DNA of 64,000 nt from Candidatus Eiseniibacteriota bacterium (GTDB lineage Bacteria; Eisenbacteria; RBG-16-71-46): assembly GCA_031370785.1 (NCBI GenBank), contig JANMQY010000114.1, forward strand, positions 43,417 through 107,416, written 5' to 3'. The translations under genes were made by a program, and so were the position numbers. This document shows, one piece after another, positions 1 to 8,534 of this stretch; the first letter of the stretch is position 1; each line of letters begins with the position of its first letter. A model generated the notes under the pieces. It made no database searches. It saw nothing but the letters and a program-made list of their open reading frames with translations, and was not told the origin of the DNA.

Positions 1-260
1 AGCACCAGGTCGACCGATCTCACCAGCTCGGGCGTCACGCGTCGCGAGCGATGTCCTGCCAGTTCCACGCCGTCGCGCCCCGCCACCTCGATGGCCTGCT
101 CCGTCGCCGGCCGCCCTTCCAGGGCGCCGGTCCCGGCCGACATCACCTCGACGCGCTCGCCATCGGTCCCGAGGGCTTTCGCAAGCCAGCCTGCGGCCAT
201 TGGACTGCGGCACGTGTTTCCGCTGCATACCATGAGAACTCGGAACGTGGCATTCGACAT
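1..260 (-). CDS. Low-molecular-weight protein tyrosine/arginine phosphatase (3' partial; not in the ORF track)
   Basis: Manual translation MSNATFRVLMVCSGNTCRSPMAAGW...SAGT...HRSR contains the LMW-PTP P-loop CxGNTCRS; the frame runs off the window edge. Confidence 0.9.
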   Translation of the reverse strand, partial: MSNATFRVLMVCSGNTCRSPMAAGWLAKALGTDGERVEVMSAGTGALEGRPATEQAIEVAGRDGVELAGHRSRRVTPELVRSVDLV

Positions 261-294
261 GCGTGACAAGGATAGGCGGCGCTCCCTTCGGGAG

Positions 295-948
295 TCAACC
301 GACCCGGTCCTCGCGTGCGTCCTCGAAATCGCCGAGATCCGCACGCACATCGAGCTCGCCGAGCCGCAGCAATCGCGCTCGCGGTGCGCTCACGTCCACC
401 AGGGTGGAGGCGATGCCGCCGCGTCGCGGTCCGCCGTCCAGCACCAGATCGAGCTGATTGCCGAATACGCGCACCACCTCTTCGGCGGTCTCGGCCGGCC
501 GCTGCCCGGACAGGTTCGCGCTGCTCGCGACCACCGGCCCGCCGATGCGATCGAGCAGCAGCAGGCACAGCTTGTCATCCGGGCAGCGCAGCGCCACGGT
601 GCCGCCAGCGCCGCGCACCCGCGCCGGCACGATCGGCGCGGCCTTGAAGATGAGAGACAGCGGGCCCGGCCACCATTTGGCGATCAGCCGCTCGGCGACC
701 TCGCTCACCTGCGAGGCAATCCCGTAGACCTGCCTGGGATCGGGTATCAACGAGATCACGGCGAGCGAGGGATCACGGCGCTTGAGGCGCGCGACCATGC
801 CCACCGCCGATTCGTCGAACAGCGAGCAGCCAAGCCCGTAGAGCGTGTCGGTCGGGAATGCGATCACTCCACCGCGCAGCACCGCCTCCGCCGCGGCGTG
901 CAGCGGCCCCTCCGCGGGGTTCGATGGATCCACCTGAAGGACTTCCAT
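295..948 (-). CDS. tsaC: L-threonylcarbamoyladenylate synthase (YrdC/Sua5 family)
   Basis: FPTDTLYGLG, KRR, WPGPLS, SSANLSG, STLVD motifs. Confidence 0.93.
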   Translation of the reverse strand: MEVLQVDPSNPAEGPLHAAAEAVLRGGVIAFPTDTLYGLGCSLFDESAVGMVARLKRRDPSLAVISLIPDPRQVYGIASQVSEVAERLIAKWWPGPLSLIFKAAPIVPARVRGAGGTVALRCPDDKLCLLLLDRIGGPVVASSANLSGQRPAETAEEVVRVFGNQLDLVLDGGPRRGGIASTLVDVSAPRARLLRLGELDVRADLGDFEDAREDRVG

Positions 949-951
949 CGC

Positions 952-1443
952 TCACCGGCCCCCGGCGCGCGTGCGGATGGGCCGCTGAGCCCGGGACTCG
1001 AGCATGCGCGCGAGCCGCGCGTCGTTTAGCGCGAGGATGCGCAGCGCGAGATGCGCCGCGTTGCGCGCCCCCCAGGTTCCGACGCCCAGCGTCCCGACCG
1101 GCACTCCGGGCGGCATCTGAACGGTGGCCAGCAGCGCATCGAACCCGCCGAGCGGCGAAGTCGCGAGCGGCACGCCCAGGACCGGAAGCCGGCTGTTCGC
1201 GGCCATCGCGCCGGCCAGGTGCGCGGCGCCGCCGGCGCCGGCCACGATCACTTCCAGCCCGCGCGCCCTGGCGGTCCTGGCCCACTTCGCCGCGGCGTCC
1301 GGGGTGCGGTGCGCGGAGCGCACTGCAACCTCGCACTCCACGCCGAACTCCGCGAGCACGCGCGCCGCCTCTTCCATCACCACGCGGTCCGACTCGCTGC
1401 CCATCACGATCCCGACCCGCGCGCCCCTGCGCTTCACCGCCAT
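952..1443 (-). CDS. purE: N5-CAIR mutase
   Basis: IVMGSESD, SAHRTP, GAGGAAHLAG, VQMPPGVPV motifs. Confidence 0.96.
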   Translation of the reverse strand: MAVKRRGARVGIVMGSESDRVVMEEAARVLAEFGVECEVAVRSAHRTPDAAAKWARTARARGLEVIVAGAGGAAHLAGAMAANSRLPVLGVPLATSPLGGFDALLATVQMPPGVPVGTLGVGTWGARNAAHLALRILALNDARLARMLESRAQRPIRTRAGGR

Positions 1444-1479
1444 CGCCGCCTCCTCGCCATTGATCCCTGGAACACCGCG

Positions 1480-2775
1480 TCAGTGCGCGCGTTCCTCCAG
1501 CTTCGCCACGCCACCACCGATGTCGTGACGGCAGCGCCATCCGTCTCCGCCGAGCCGCGCGATCGCACGGTACGCGGTCCCTGCGGCCGCGCCCGGGTCG
1601 GCTCCGCGCGCCATCACGTAGGCGGCGCGACCGCCCCGCACGCGCCAGCGCCCGTCTTCGAACGCGGTGCCCGCGTGGAAAACCGTGATCTCGTCCGACT
1701 CCATCAGCTCGTCCAGTCCGGCGAGCGTGCCGCCGCCGCGCACCGCATCGGGATAGCCTTCGTCGACCAGCGCGACCGCAAGCGCCGCACCCTTCTCACG
1801 CGCGGGCGGCGTCGGATCGAGCGCGCCGCGTGCGGCCTGGGCGAGCCGTTCCGCGAAAGGCCCGGCCACGAGCGGCAACACCACCTGGGACTCGGGATCT
1901 CCGAAGCGACAGTTGAACTCCACCACCCGCGCCTCTCCGCGGTCGATCATCAGACCGCAATAGAGCGCCCCGCGATACGGAGTGCCGCGACGCGACATGG
2001 CGGCGAGCAATGGCGCCACGATGCCTTCGCCGATGCGGCGCTCGAGCTCGGGCGGGACCGCCGCGATCGGGGCATAAGCGCCCATGCCTCCGGTATTGGG
2101 CCCCGAGTCGCCGTCGAACGCTCGCTTGTGGTCGCGCGCGGAGGGAAGAAGCACGTAGTGCTCGCCGTCGCACAGCGCCATCACCGAAGCCTCCTCGCCG
2201 AGCAGGAACTCCTCGACCACCACGCGCCGCCCGCTCGCGCCAAAGCGCCCGGTCTCGAGACAGTCGACGAGAAACCGTTCGACCGTGCGCCGCGAGTCGG
2301 TGACGCACACTCCCTTGCCCGCGGCGAGGCCGTCGGCTTTGACAACCCACGGTGGACCGAAGCGCTCGAGCGCCGCCCGGGCCGCCGCCGGGTCGACGCA
2401 GAGCTCGGCGCGGGCGGTCGGCACGCCGGCCTCGGCCATGACCTCTTTCGCGAACCACTTGCTGCTCTCGAGGCGGGCGGCCGCGCGGCTCGGCCCGAAG
2501 GTGCTGATGCCGGCCGCGGTCATCTCGTCCGCGACCCCGGCGTCCAGCGGCGCCTCGGGCCCGATGATCGCCAGGTCCACCTTGTGTTCCCGGCACGCCC
2601 GGATCAGCCCCGCCGCGTCGCGCTCCCCGATTGGAAGTCGGGTGAAGTCGCGTCCCATGCCGTCGTTGCCGGGTGCGACCATCACCTCGCGCACCTGCGG
2701 GTCGCGCGCGAGGCGCCACGCGAGCGCGTGCTCGCGTCCGCCAGAGCCCACCACCAGAACGCGCAACTCAGCCAT
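1480..2775 (-). CDS. purD: Phosphoribosylamine--glycine ligase
   Basis: VVGSGGREHAL, KADGLAAGKGV, DHKR, GPNTGGMG, EFNCRFGDPE; start set at MAELR. Confidence 0.97.
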   Translation of the reverse strand: MAELRVLVVGSGGREHALAWRLARDPQVREVMVAPGNDGMGRDFTRLPIGERDAAGLIRACREHKVDLAIIGPEAPLDAGVADEMTAAGISTFGPSRAAARLESSKWFAKEVMAEAGVPTARAELCVDPAAARAALERFGPPWVVKADGLAAGKGVCVTDSRRTVERFLVDCLETGRFGASGRRVVVEEFLLGEEASVMALCDGEHYVLLPSARDHKRAFDGDSGPNTGGMGAYAPIAAVPPELERRIGEGIVAPLLAAMSRRGTPYRGALYCGLMIDRGEARVVEFNCRFGDPESQVVLPLVAGPFAERLAQAARGALDPTPPAREKGAALAVALVDEGYPDAVRGGGTLAGLDELMESDEITVFHAGTAFEDGRWRVRGGRAAYVMARGADPGAAAGTAYRAIARLGGDGWRCRHDIGGGVAKLEERAH

Positions 2776-2782
2776 GTGCCGC

Positions 2783-2810
2783 ACTCTATCAGCCCAGCCT
2801 CAGGATTCAA
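2783..2810 (-). promoter_or_regulatory. Sigma70-type promoter of purD, probably leaderless
   Basis: TTGAAT-N16-TAGAGT with an extended -10 TG; the ATG lies 7 nt after the -10 and no SD is present. Confidence 0.6.
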
Positions 2811-2910
2811 TAGCAGCCGCCCGACAACCTCGCGAACGTCCCGCGATCCGCGTCGAGCGCGGCGAGGTGCGGCAAACCGCGCAAAGCGCCGGTCAGGAAA
2901 CGGGCGCGCA

Positions 2911-2928
2911 TCGCAGCCCGGGCTGCGA
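2911..2928. repeat. Perfect 18-bp palindrome just downstream of gatB (possible terminator stem or operator)
   Basis: TCGCAGCCCGGGCTGCGA; no U-tract follows. Confidence 0.45.
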
Positions 2929-2940
2929 GCGACCGCGACG

Positions 2941-4380
2941 TCACGCGCGGCCGCTGCGCGCGGCCATCTCCTCTTTCAGCAGATCCTGCACGACCTGCGG
3001 CGCGGCCTGTCCATCGCTCTTCTTCATCACCTGCCCGACGAGGAAGCCCAGCGTCGTGGCCTTGCCCGCGAGGTACTGAGAGACAGGGCCAGGATTCTCG
3101 TCGAGCGCGGCCCGCACCAACCCGAGCAGGTCGCCCCGATCCGGAACCTTGAAGCCGCCGCTCGCAATCACGGAGTCGGGATCGGAGCCCTGCTGGAGGA
3201 CCAGCTCCAGAATCCGGTTGGCGAGCGGCCCCGGAAAACTGACCGCCGTCACATTGTTGAAGCGGATGAGATGTTCGACGTTCAGCGACCTTCCCTCGCG
3301 CTCCTCGCGGTAGAACTTCAGCACCCGGTTCATGAGGAAGTTGCTGGCGAGTTTGCGGTTCGTGCTGCCCCCGATGACCTTGTCCGCGAAATCCGAGTAC
3401 TCACGATCCTCGTTCAGCACGCTTGCGTCGTAGGCGGGCAATCCGTACTCGCGAACGAAACGCTCCGCGCGCATCCAGGGCAGCTCGGGCAGGGCGGCGG
3501 CCGCCTGTTTGAGCCAGGCTCCGTTCACCTTCAGGACCGGAAGGTCCGGCTCCGGGAAGTAGCGGTAGTCGTGCGCGTGCTCCTTGGTGCGCATCACCGC
3601 CAGCCGATCGTGATCGGCGTCGAACAGCAGCGTCGCCTGCTCGATGCGTCCGCCGGATTCGAGCACGCCGCCCTGGCGCGCGATTTCGGCGATGAGGCCC
3701 TTTTCCACCGCCTTGATCGAGTTCAGGTTCTTGATCTCGGTCTTGGTGCCGAGCGCGCTCTGCGAGGCCGGGCGCAGCGAAACGTTCGCGTCGCAGCGCA
3801 GCTGGCCCTTCTCCATGTCTCCGTCCGAGATGCCGAGCCAGCGCACCAGCCGGCGCAGCGCGAGCAGGAACGAAGCGCAATCCGAAGGCTCGTGGAAGAC
3901 GGGTAGCGTGACCAGCTCGAGCAGCGGCACGCCCGCGCGGTTGAATTCCACGCGCGAGACCCGCCGGTCGCCCTGGCGCTCCGGGTGAAACGACTTGCCG
4001 GTGTCCTCCTCGACATGAATCCGGACCAGCGGAAACGCCTTCGTCCCGCCCTCGAGCGCGACCGGGAGCGCTCCGCCTTCGCACAGCGGTCGGTCATACT
4101 GGGTGATCTGGTAGTTCTTCGGCATGTCCGGATAGAAGTAGTTCTTACGCGCGAACACGCTCTCCGCGCGCACTTCGCAGCCGAGGGCGAGGCCGAGGCG
4201 CAGCGCCGCGTCGATCGCGGCGCGGTTGGCGCGCGGCAGCGCCCCGGGCAGGCCCAAGCACACCGGGCACACGTTGCGATTCGCGGGCGCGCCGAACTCG
4301 ACCGGACACTCGCAGAACATCTTGCTGCGGGTGGCGAGCTGGATATGGCACTCGAGGCCGATTACCGCCTGGTGGGCCAT
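2941..4380 (-). CDS. gatB: Asp-tRNA(Asn)/Glu-tRNA(Gln) amidotransferase subunit B
   Basis: VIGLECHIQL, CPVCLGLPGALP, RKNYFYPD, EEDTGK, LRCDANVS, DYRYFPEPDLP; start MAHQAV. Confidence 0.97.
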   Translation of the reverse strand: MAHQAVIGLECHIQLATRSKMFCECPVEFGAPANRNVCPVCLGLPGALPRANRAAIDAALRLGLALGCEVRAESVFARKNYFYPDMPKNYQITQYDRPLCEGGALPVALEGGTKAFPLVRIHVEEDTGKSFHPERQGDRRVSRVEFNRAGVPLLELVTLPVFHEPSDCASFLLALRRLVRWLGISDGDMEKGQLRCDANVSLRPASQSALGTKTEIKNLNSIKAVEKGLIAEIARQGGVLESGGRIEQATLLFDADHDRLAVMRTKEHAHDYRYFPEPDLPVLKVNGAWLKQAAAALPELPWMRAERFVREYGLPAYDASVLNEDREYSDFADKVIGGSTNRKLASNFLMNRVLKFYREEREGRSLNVEHLIRFNNVTAVSFPGPLANRILELVLQQGSDPDSVIASGGFKVPDRGDLLGLVRAALDENPGPVSQYLAGKATTLGFLVGQVMKKSDGQAAPQVVQDLLKEEMAARSGRA

Positions 4381-5837
4381 GAGAACTCCGATTCGAAGGA
4401 CGCTTCCAGCCGCGAGACATCGCCGCGCACTTCGATGGCGCGCCCGGCGCGCAGCAGCGCGGGCTCGCCATCCTCGGGTCCGAGCAGCTGCACCGCGAGC
4501 GGCAGTCCGCCCTTGCCGATTCCGACCGGCACGGTGAGTCCCGGGATTCCGGCGAGATTGGCGCCGATGGTGAAGATGTCGCTCAGGTACATCTCGAGCG
4601 GATCCTCGGTCTTCTCGCCAAGCCGGAACGCAGTGGTGGGCGCAGCCGGCATCAGCATCAGGTCGCAACGCGCGAACGCTTCCCCGTACTCGCGGCGGAT
4701 GCGGGTGCGCGCCTTCTGAGCGGTGAGGTAGTAGGCGTCGTAGTACCCGGCCGAGAGCGCGTAGGTGCCGAGCAGGATGCGGCGCTGCACTTCGGGACCG
4801 AACCCGGCGCTGCGCGTTCGGGTATAGAGGAAACGCACATCCGGCGCATCCGGGTGACGGAAGCCGTAGCGCACGCCATCGAACCGCGCCAGATTCGAGC
4901 TGGCCTCCGCGGTCGCGACCAGGTAGTAGGTGGCGACCGCGTACTCGCCAGGCAGGAAGTCGAAGGTCACGCGGGTCGCGCCCGCCGTCTCGAGCCACGA
5001 GGCGGCGTGCTCGAGACCTTCCACCACTTCACTCGCGACTCCCGCCTTCCAGAGATTCTGCGGCCAGCCAAAGCGCAGGCCCTTCACGCCCTGCGCCCAG
5101 CCCGAGAGGTCGGGCGCCTCATCGAGCCGCGTGGTCGCATCGAACGGGTCCGGGCCGGCGAGCGCGGAATAGGCGAGCGCGATATCGCCCGCGTGCCGCG
5201 CGAAGATCCCGACCTGATCCAGCGACGAGCCAAACGCGACCAGTCCGTAGCGCGAGAGGCGTCCGTAGGTGGGCTTGAGCCCGAACACCCCGCAGAACGC
5301 GGCGGGCTGACGCACCGAGCCGCCGGTGTCCGAGCCGAGCGCGAGGGGAACAAGTCCGTAGGCCACTGCGGCGGCCGGCCCTCCGCTCGAGCCGCCCGGC
5401 ACGCGCTTCAGATCGTACGGATTGCGCGTGGGCCCGTAGCAGCTGTACTCGGTGGACGAGCCCATTGCGAACTCGTCCATGTTGCCCTTGCCCGCCACCA
5501 CCGCGCCCGCCTCGCGCAGGCGCCGGATCACGGTCGCATCGTACGGCGAGCGCCAGCCGGCGAGAATGCGCGAGGCGCAGGTGGTGGGGTAGTCGGTCGT
5601 GCACAGGTTGTCCTTGACCAGCACCGGCACTCCGGCGAGTGCGCCGCCTTTGACTGCGCGCGCGCCGGCCGCTCTCACCGAAGCATCCTCGTGCACTACC
5701 GCGTGCACGTCATGCTCCCAGGTGCGCGCGGGTCCCTCCCAGCCGGACTCGACCACGTCCCAGGCCTCGAGCATGCCCGCGCGGACGTCGGCGGCGTTGC
5801 GCGCCGCCGACCGGCGCCACAGCTCGGCGGCGCTCAT
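4362..5837 (-). CDS. gatA: Amidotransferase subunit A
   Basis: Amidase signature KDN, MDEFAMGSS, GGSSGG, SDTGGSVRQPA, SSNLARFDG; ATGA overlap with gatC. Confidence 0.96.
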   Translation of the reverse strand: MSAAELWRRSAARNAADVRAGMLEAWDVVESGWEGPARTWEHDVHAVVHEDASVRAAGARAVKGGALAGVPVLVKDNLCTTDYPTTCASRILAGWRSPYDATVIRRLREAGAVVAGKGNMDEFAMGSSTEYSCYGPTRNPYDLKRVPGGSSGGPAAAVAYGLVPLALGSDTGGSVRQPAAFCGVFGLKPTYGRLSRYGLVAFGSSLDQVGIFARHAGDIALAYSALAGPDPFDATTRLDEAPDLSGWAQGVKGLRFGWPQNLWKAGVASEVVEGLEHAASWLETAGATRVTFDFLPGEYAVATYYLVATAEASSNLARFDGVRYGFRHPDAPDVRFLYTRTRSAGFGPEVQRRILLGTYALSAGYYDAYYLTAQKARTRIRREYGEAFARCDLMLMPAAPTTAFRLGEKTEDPLEMYLSDIFTIGANLAGIPGLTVPVGIGKGGLPLAVQLLGPEDGEPALLRAGRAIEVRGDVSRLEASFESEFSWPTRR

Positions 5838-6133
5838 GGCTCCAGGTTCTCGACGATCGGCGGCACCAGGAAGAAACCGTCCTCGGCCTCGGGGGCTCCG
5901 GCGGTCGCGACCGCGGGGTCGAGCCGGCGCCCGTTCGTCTCGTCCTCCCGCAGCGGGGCGTCTGCCGGCGCGAAGGTGCTGATCTCGCAACCAATGAGAT
6001 CCAGACGATTCAGGGTCGCGACGAACTCCAGCACCGCCGAGAGCTCGGCGCGCATGCGCTCGATGCGATCTTCCGGAATCTCGAGCCGGGCCAGCTCGGC
6101 GATGCGCTCGACTTCTTCGCGGCTAATCGCCAT
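5834..6133 (-). CDS. gatC: Amidotransferase subunit C
   Basis: ISREEVERIAELARL...LRED...GFFLVP; lies directly before gatA. Confidence 0.95.
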   Translation of the reverse strand: MAISREEVERIAELARLEIPEDRIERMRAELSAVLEFVATLNRLDLIGCEISTFAPADAPLREDETNGRRLDPAVATAGAPEAEDGFFLVPPIVENLEP

Positions 6134-8363
6134 CCGATCCTCCAGTCAGGAAGCGCCCGATCACGCGTTTGATCACGGTGCCGAAGCGCACCGTGTATCT
6201 GGCGTCCGCGCCTTCGCCGTCGGCGTCGACCACGACGCCTCGTCCGAAGCTCTCGTGATACACCTCGCGACCCACCACGCGCGAGCGTCCGGCGCGGTGG
6301 GCGTGGACTCCGGGCCCGACGGGAGTCCCGTCCCCGTCGGTATCGGCCTTGGCCCTGGCCCAGGTCGAGCGCCACGGCCTCGGGCCCGCTTCGCTCGATC
6401 CGCCGCGAGCGGCGCGCGCTTCCTGCCGTTCGAGCAGCTCGGCCGGAATCTCCTCGATGAAGCGCGACACCGATCCACCACGCGCCCCTTCGAAGCGCCG
6501 GCGATACGCGGCGGCGCTGAGCAGCACCCGGTCGCGGGCGCGGGTCAGGGCGACGTAGAACAGTCGCCGTTCTTCTTCCAGCTCGTCCGGGTCGTCCAGC
6601 GACGAGCCGTGGGGAAAGAGCCCCTCTTCGAGCCCGGCGACCACCACCACCGGAAATTCCAGCCCCTTGGCGTTGTGCGCGGTCAGCAGCAGGACGCGGT
6701 CCGCGCCTTCGGCCAGCCGGTCGGCGTCCGTGGTCAGCGCGGTCTCCGCGAGAAAATCAAAGAGACTCGAGCCCGACCCCTCTTCGTCACGCTCCCGCTC
6801 CTCGGACTGGACTGCGGCCGCGACCAGCTCCTCGACGTTCGCGCGCCGCTCGTTCGCGCTCTCGCAGTCTTCCCCATCCAGGTGCGGCAGGTAGTGCGAA
6901 CGCTCGAGGACGTGGAGCATGAGCGCCTCCATCGAACCGCTCTGGCGCTGGCGGATCTCCTCGAGCAGCGCGAGCAGATCGGTCGCCCCGGCCAGGGCCG
7001 CCCGGGTCAGCGTCCGACCCGTGACGAGATCCCTGAGCGCCGACTCGGGCGTGCCCCCTCGTTCCGCGAGGAGCACTTCGAGCTGGGTGCGCACCGCAGG
7101 ACCGAGCCCCCGGCGCGGCGTGTTCCAGATGCGCCAGAACGACACGGCATCGGTGGGATTGATCGCCGCGCGCAGGTACGCGAGCACGTCCTTGACCTCA
7201 CGGCGCTGATAGAAAGCCACCCCGCCCACGATTTCGTAGAGGATGGCGCGCTGGCGCAGCTCGGTCTCGAGCGCGCGCGATTGCGCGTTGGTCCGGTACA
7301 GCACCGCGCATTCGTCGAAGCGCCCCCCCCCGCGCACGTGCTCCTCGAGAAAAGCGCGGATGCGGCCCGCCTCGTCCACCTCGTCGGCGGCCAGTACGAA
7401 GCGCAGCAGCGCGCCGTCCTCGCGGTCGCACCACAAATTCTTGCCCTTGCGCGCCTGGTTGTTCGCGATCACCGCGTTGGCGGCCTTCAGGATGTTCCCG
7501 GTCGAGCGATAGTTCTGTTCGAGGCGAACCACCGCCGCGCCCGGGAACGTGGTCTCGAAGTCGAGGACGTTCGCGAGGTCCGCGCCCCGCCACCCGTAGA
7601 TGGACTGGTCGTCATCCCCGACCACGAACAGATTCCTGTGCACCCGGCTCAGCGCCGCGACCAGCCGGAACTGGGCGTGATTGGTGTCCTGATACTCGTC
7701 GACCAGCACGTGTTCGAAGCGGCGCGCATAGCGCTCGCCGAACTCGGGACGCTCGAGCAGTCGCACGGTTACCGCAATCAGGTCGTCGAAGTCGAAGGCG
7801 CCGGCGGCGCGCAGCGCGTCCGAATACAGCGCATAGCACTCGGCGATCTGCTTCTCGTACGGGCTCACCGCGAGCCGTGCCGCCTCGGCCGGGGTCACCA
7901 GCGCGTTCTTCGCATCCGAGATGCGCGACAGCACCGCGCCCAGCCGGTATGCGGCCTCGGGCAGCTGCAGGCGGCGCAGGATCTCGCGCAGGACCGATTC
8001 CTGATCCTCGCGATCGTAGATCGCGAACGAGCGTGGCCGGTCGAGCGCCGCGGCCTCGCGGCGCAGGATGCGCACCGCGGTCGCGTGAAAGGTGCCCACC
8101 CACAGGCGTGCCGCGCTCTCGCCCACCGCCCGCTCGATGCGCTCCTTCATCTCGCGCGCAGCGCGGTTGGTGAAGGTGAATGCCATCACGCTCTCGGGCC
8201 TTACTCCACGTTCGAGCAGGCGCGCGATGCGCGCCGTCAGGACCCGGGTCTTGCCGCTGCCCGCTCCGGCGACGACGAGCAGCGGCCCGTCGAGGTGCTC
8301 GACCGCGGCGCGCTGAGCCTCGTTGAGCGTGGGGAGTTCAGGGAGTGCGGGACGGGCGGTCAC
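6123..8363 (-). CDS. pcrA: ATP-dependent DNA helicase PcrA/UvrD
   Basis: AGAGSGKT, TFTNRAA, DEYQDTN, VGDDDQSIY, LEQNYRST, AKGLEF, EERRLFYVA, and a C-terminal Tudor-like HESFGRG; GTG start inferred. Confidence 0.95.
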   Translation of the reverse strand: MTARPALPELPTLNEAQRAAVEHLDGPLLVVAGAGSGKTRVLTARIARLLERGVRPESVMAFTFTNRAAREMKERIERAVGESAARLWVGTFHATAVRILRREAAALDRPRSFAIYDREDQESVLREILRRLQLPEAAYRLGAVLSRISDAKNALVTPAEAARLAVSPYEKQIAECYALYSDALRAAGAFDFDDLIAVTVRLLERPEFGERYARRFEHVLVDEYQDTNHAQFRLVAALSRVHRNLFVVGDDDQSIYGWRGADLANVLDFETTFPGAAVVRLEQNYRSTGNILKAANAVIANNQARKGKNLWCDREDGALLRFVLAADEVDEAGRIRAFLEEHVRGGGRFDECAVLYRTNAQSRALETELRQRAILYEIVGGVAFYQRREVKDVLAYLRAAINPTDAVSFWRIWNTPRRGLGPAVRTQLEVLLAERGGTPESALRDLVTGRTLTRAALAGATDLLALLEEIRQRQSGSMEALMLHVLERSHYLPHLDGEDCESANERRANVEELVAAAVQSEERERDEEGSGSSLFDFLAETALTTDADRLAEGADRVLLLTAHNAKGLEFPVVVVAGLEEGLFPHGSSLDDPDELEEERRLFYVALTRARDRVLLSAAAYRRRFEGARGGSVSRFIEEIPAELLERQEARAARGGSSEAGPRPWRSTWARAKADTDGDGTPVGPGVHAHRAGRSRVVGREVYHESFGRGVVVDADGEGADARYTVRFGTVIKRVIGRFLTGGSDGD

Positions 8364-8421
8364 GGTACCTCGTGGAGGGAGGCATGGTGGAGGGAGGTGT
8401 GAGATGGAAACGTCACCCCGC

Positions 8422-8451
8422 AATCTAGCCCAAACGTCGCGCGACCGTCCA
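8422..8451 (-). promoter_or_regulatory. Putative promoter of pcrA-gatCAB
   Basis: TGGACG-N18-TAGATT. Confidence 0.45.
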
Positions 8452-8534
8452 CCGCGAGGCGAACGGCCGCACGGCAAAACGCGGGAGCGAGCCGCGGGCT
8501 CGATCGAGCTCACCAACGGGCTTCAGCGTCGTCG

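Noticed and set aside
2941..4998. ORF-track N-terminal extensions suggesting fusions (gatB 685 aa, dxr 724 aa, hldA 757 aa, uppS 461 aa, mutS2 934 aa, hemW 614 aa)
   Set aside because: The extensions overlap upstream genes in another frame. Family motifs start at internal starts that have an SD or a stop/start overlap.
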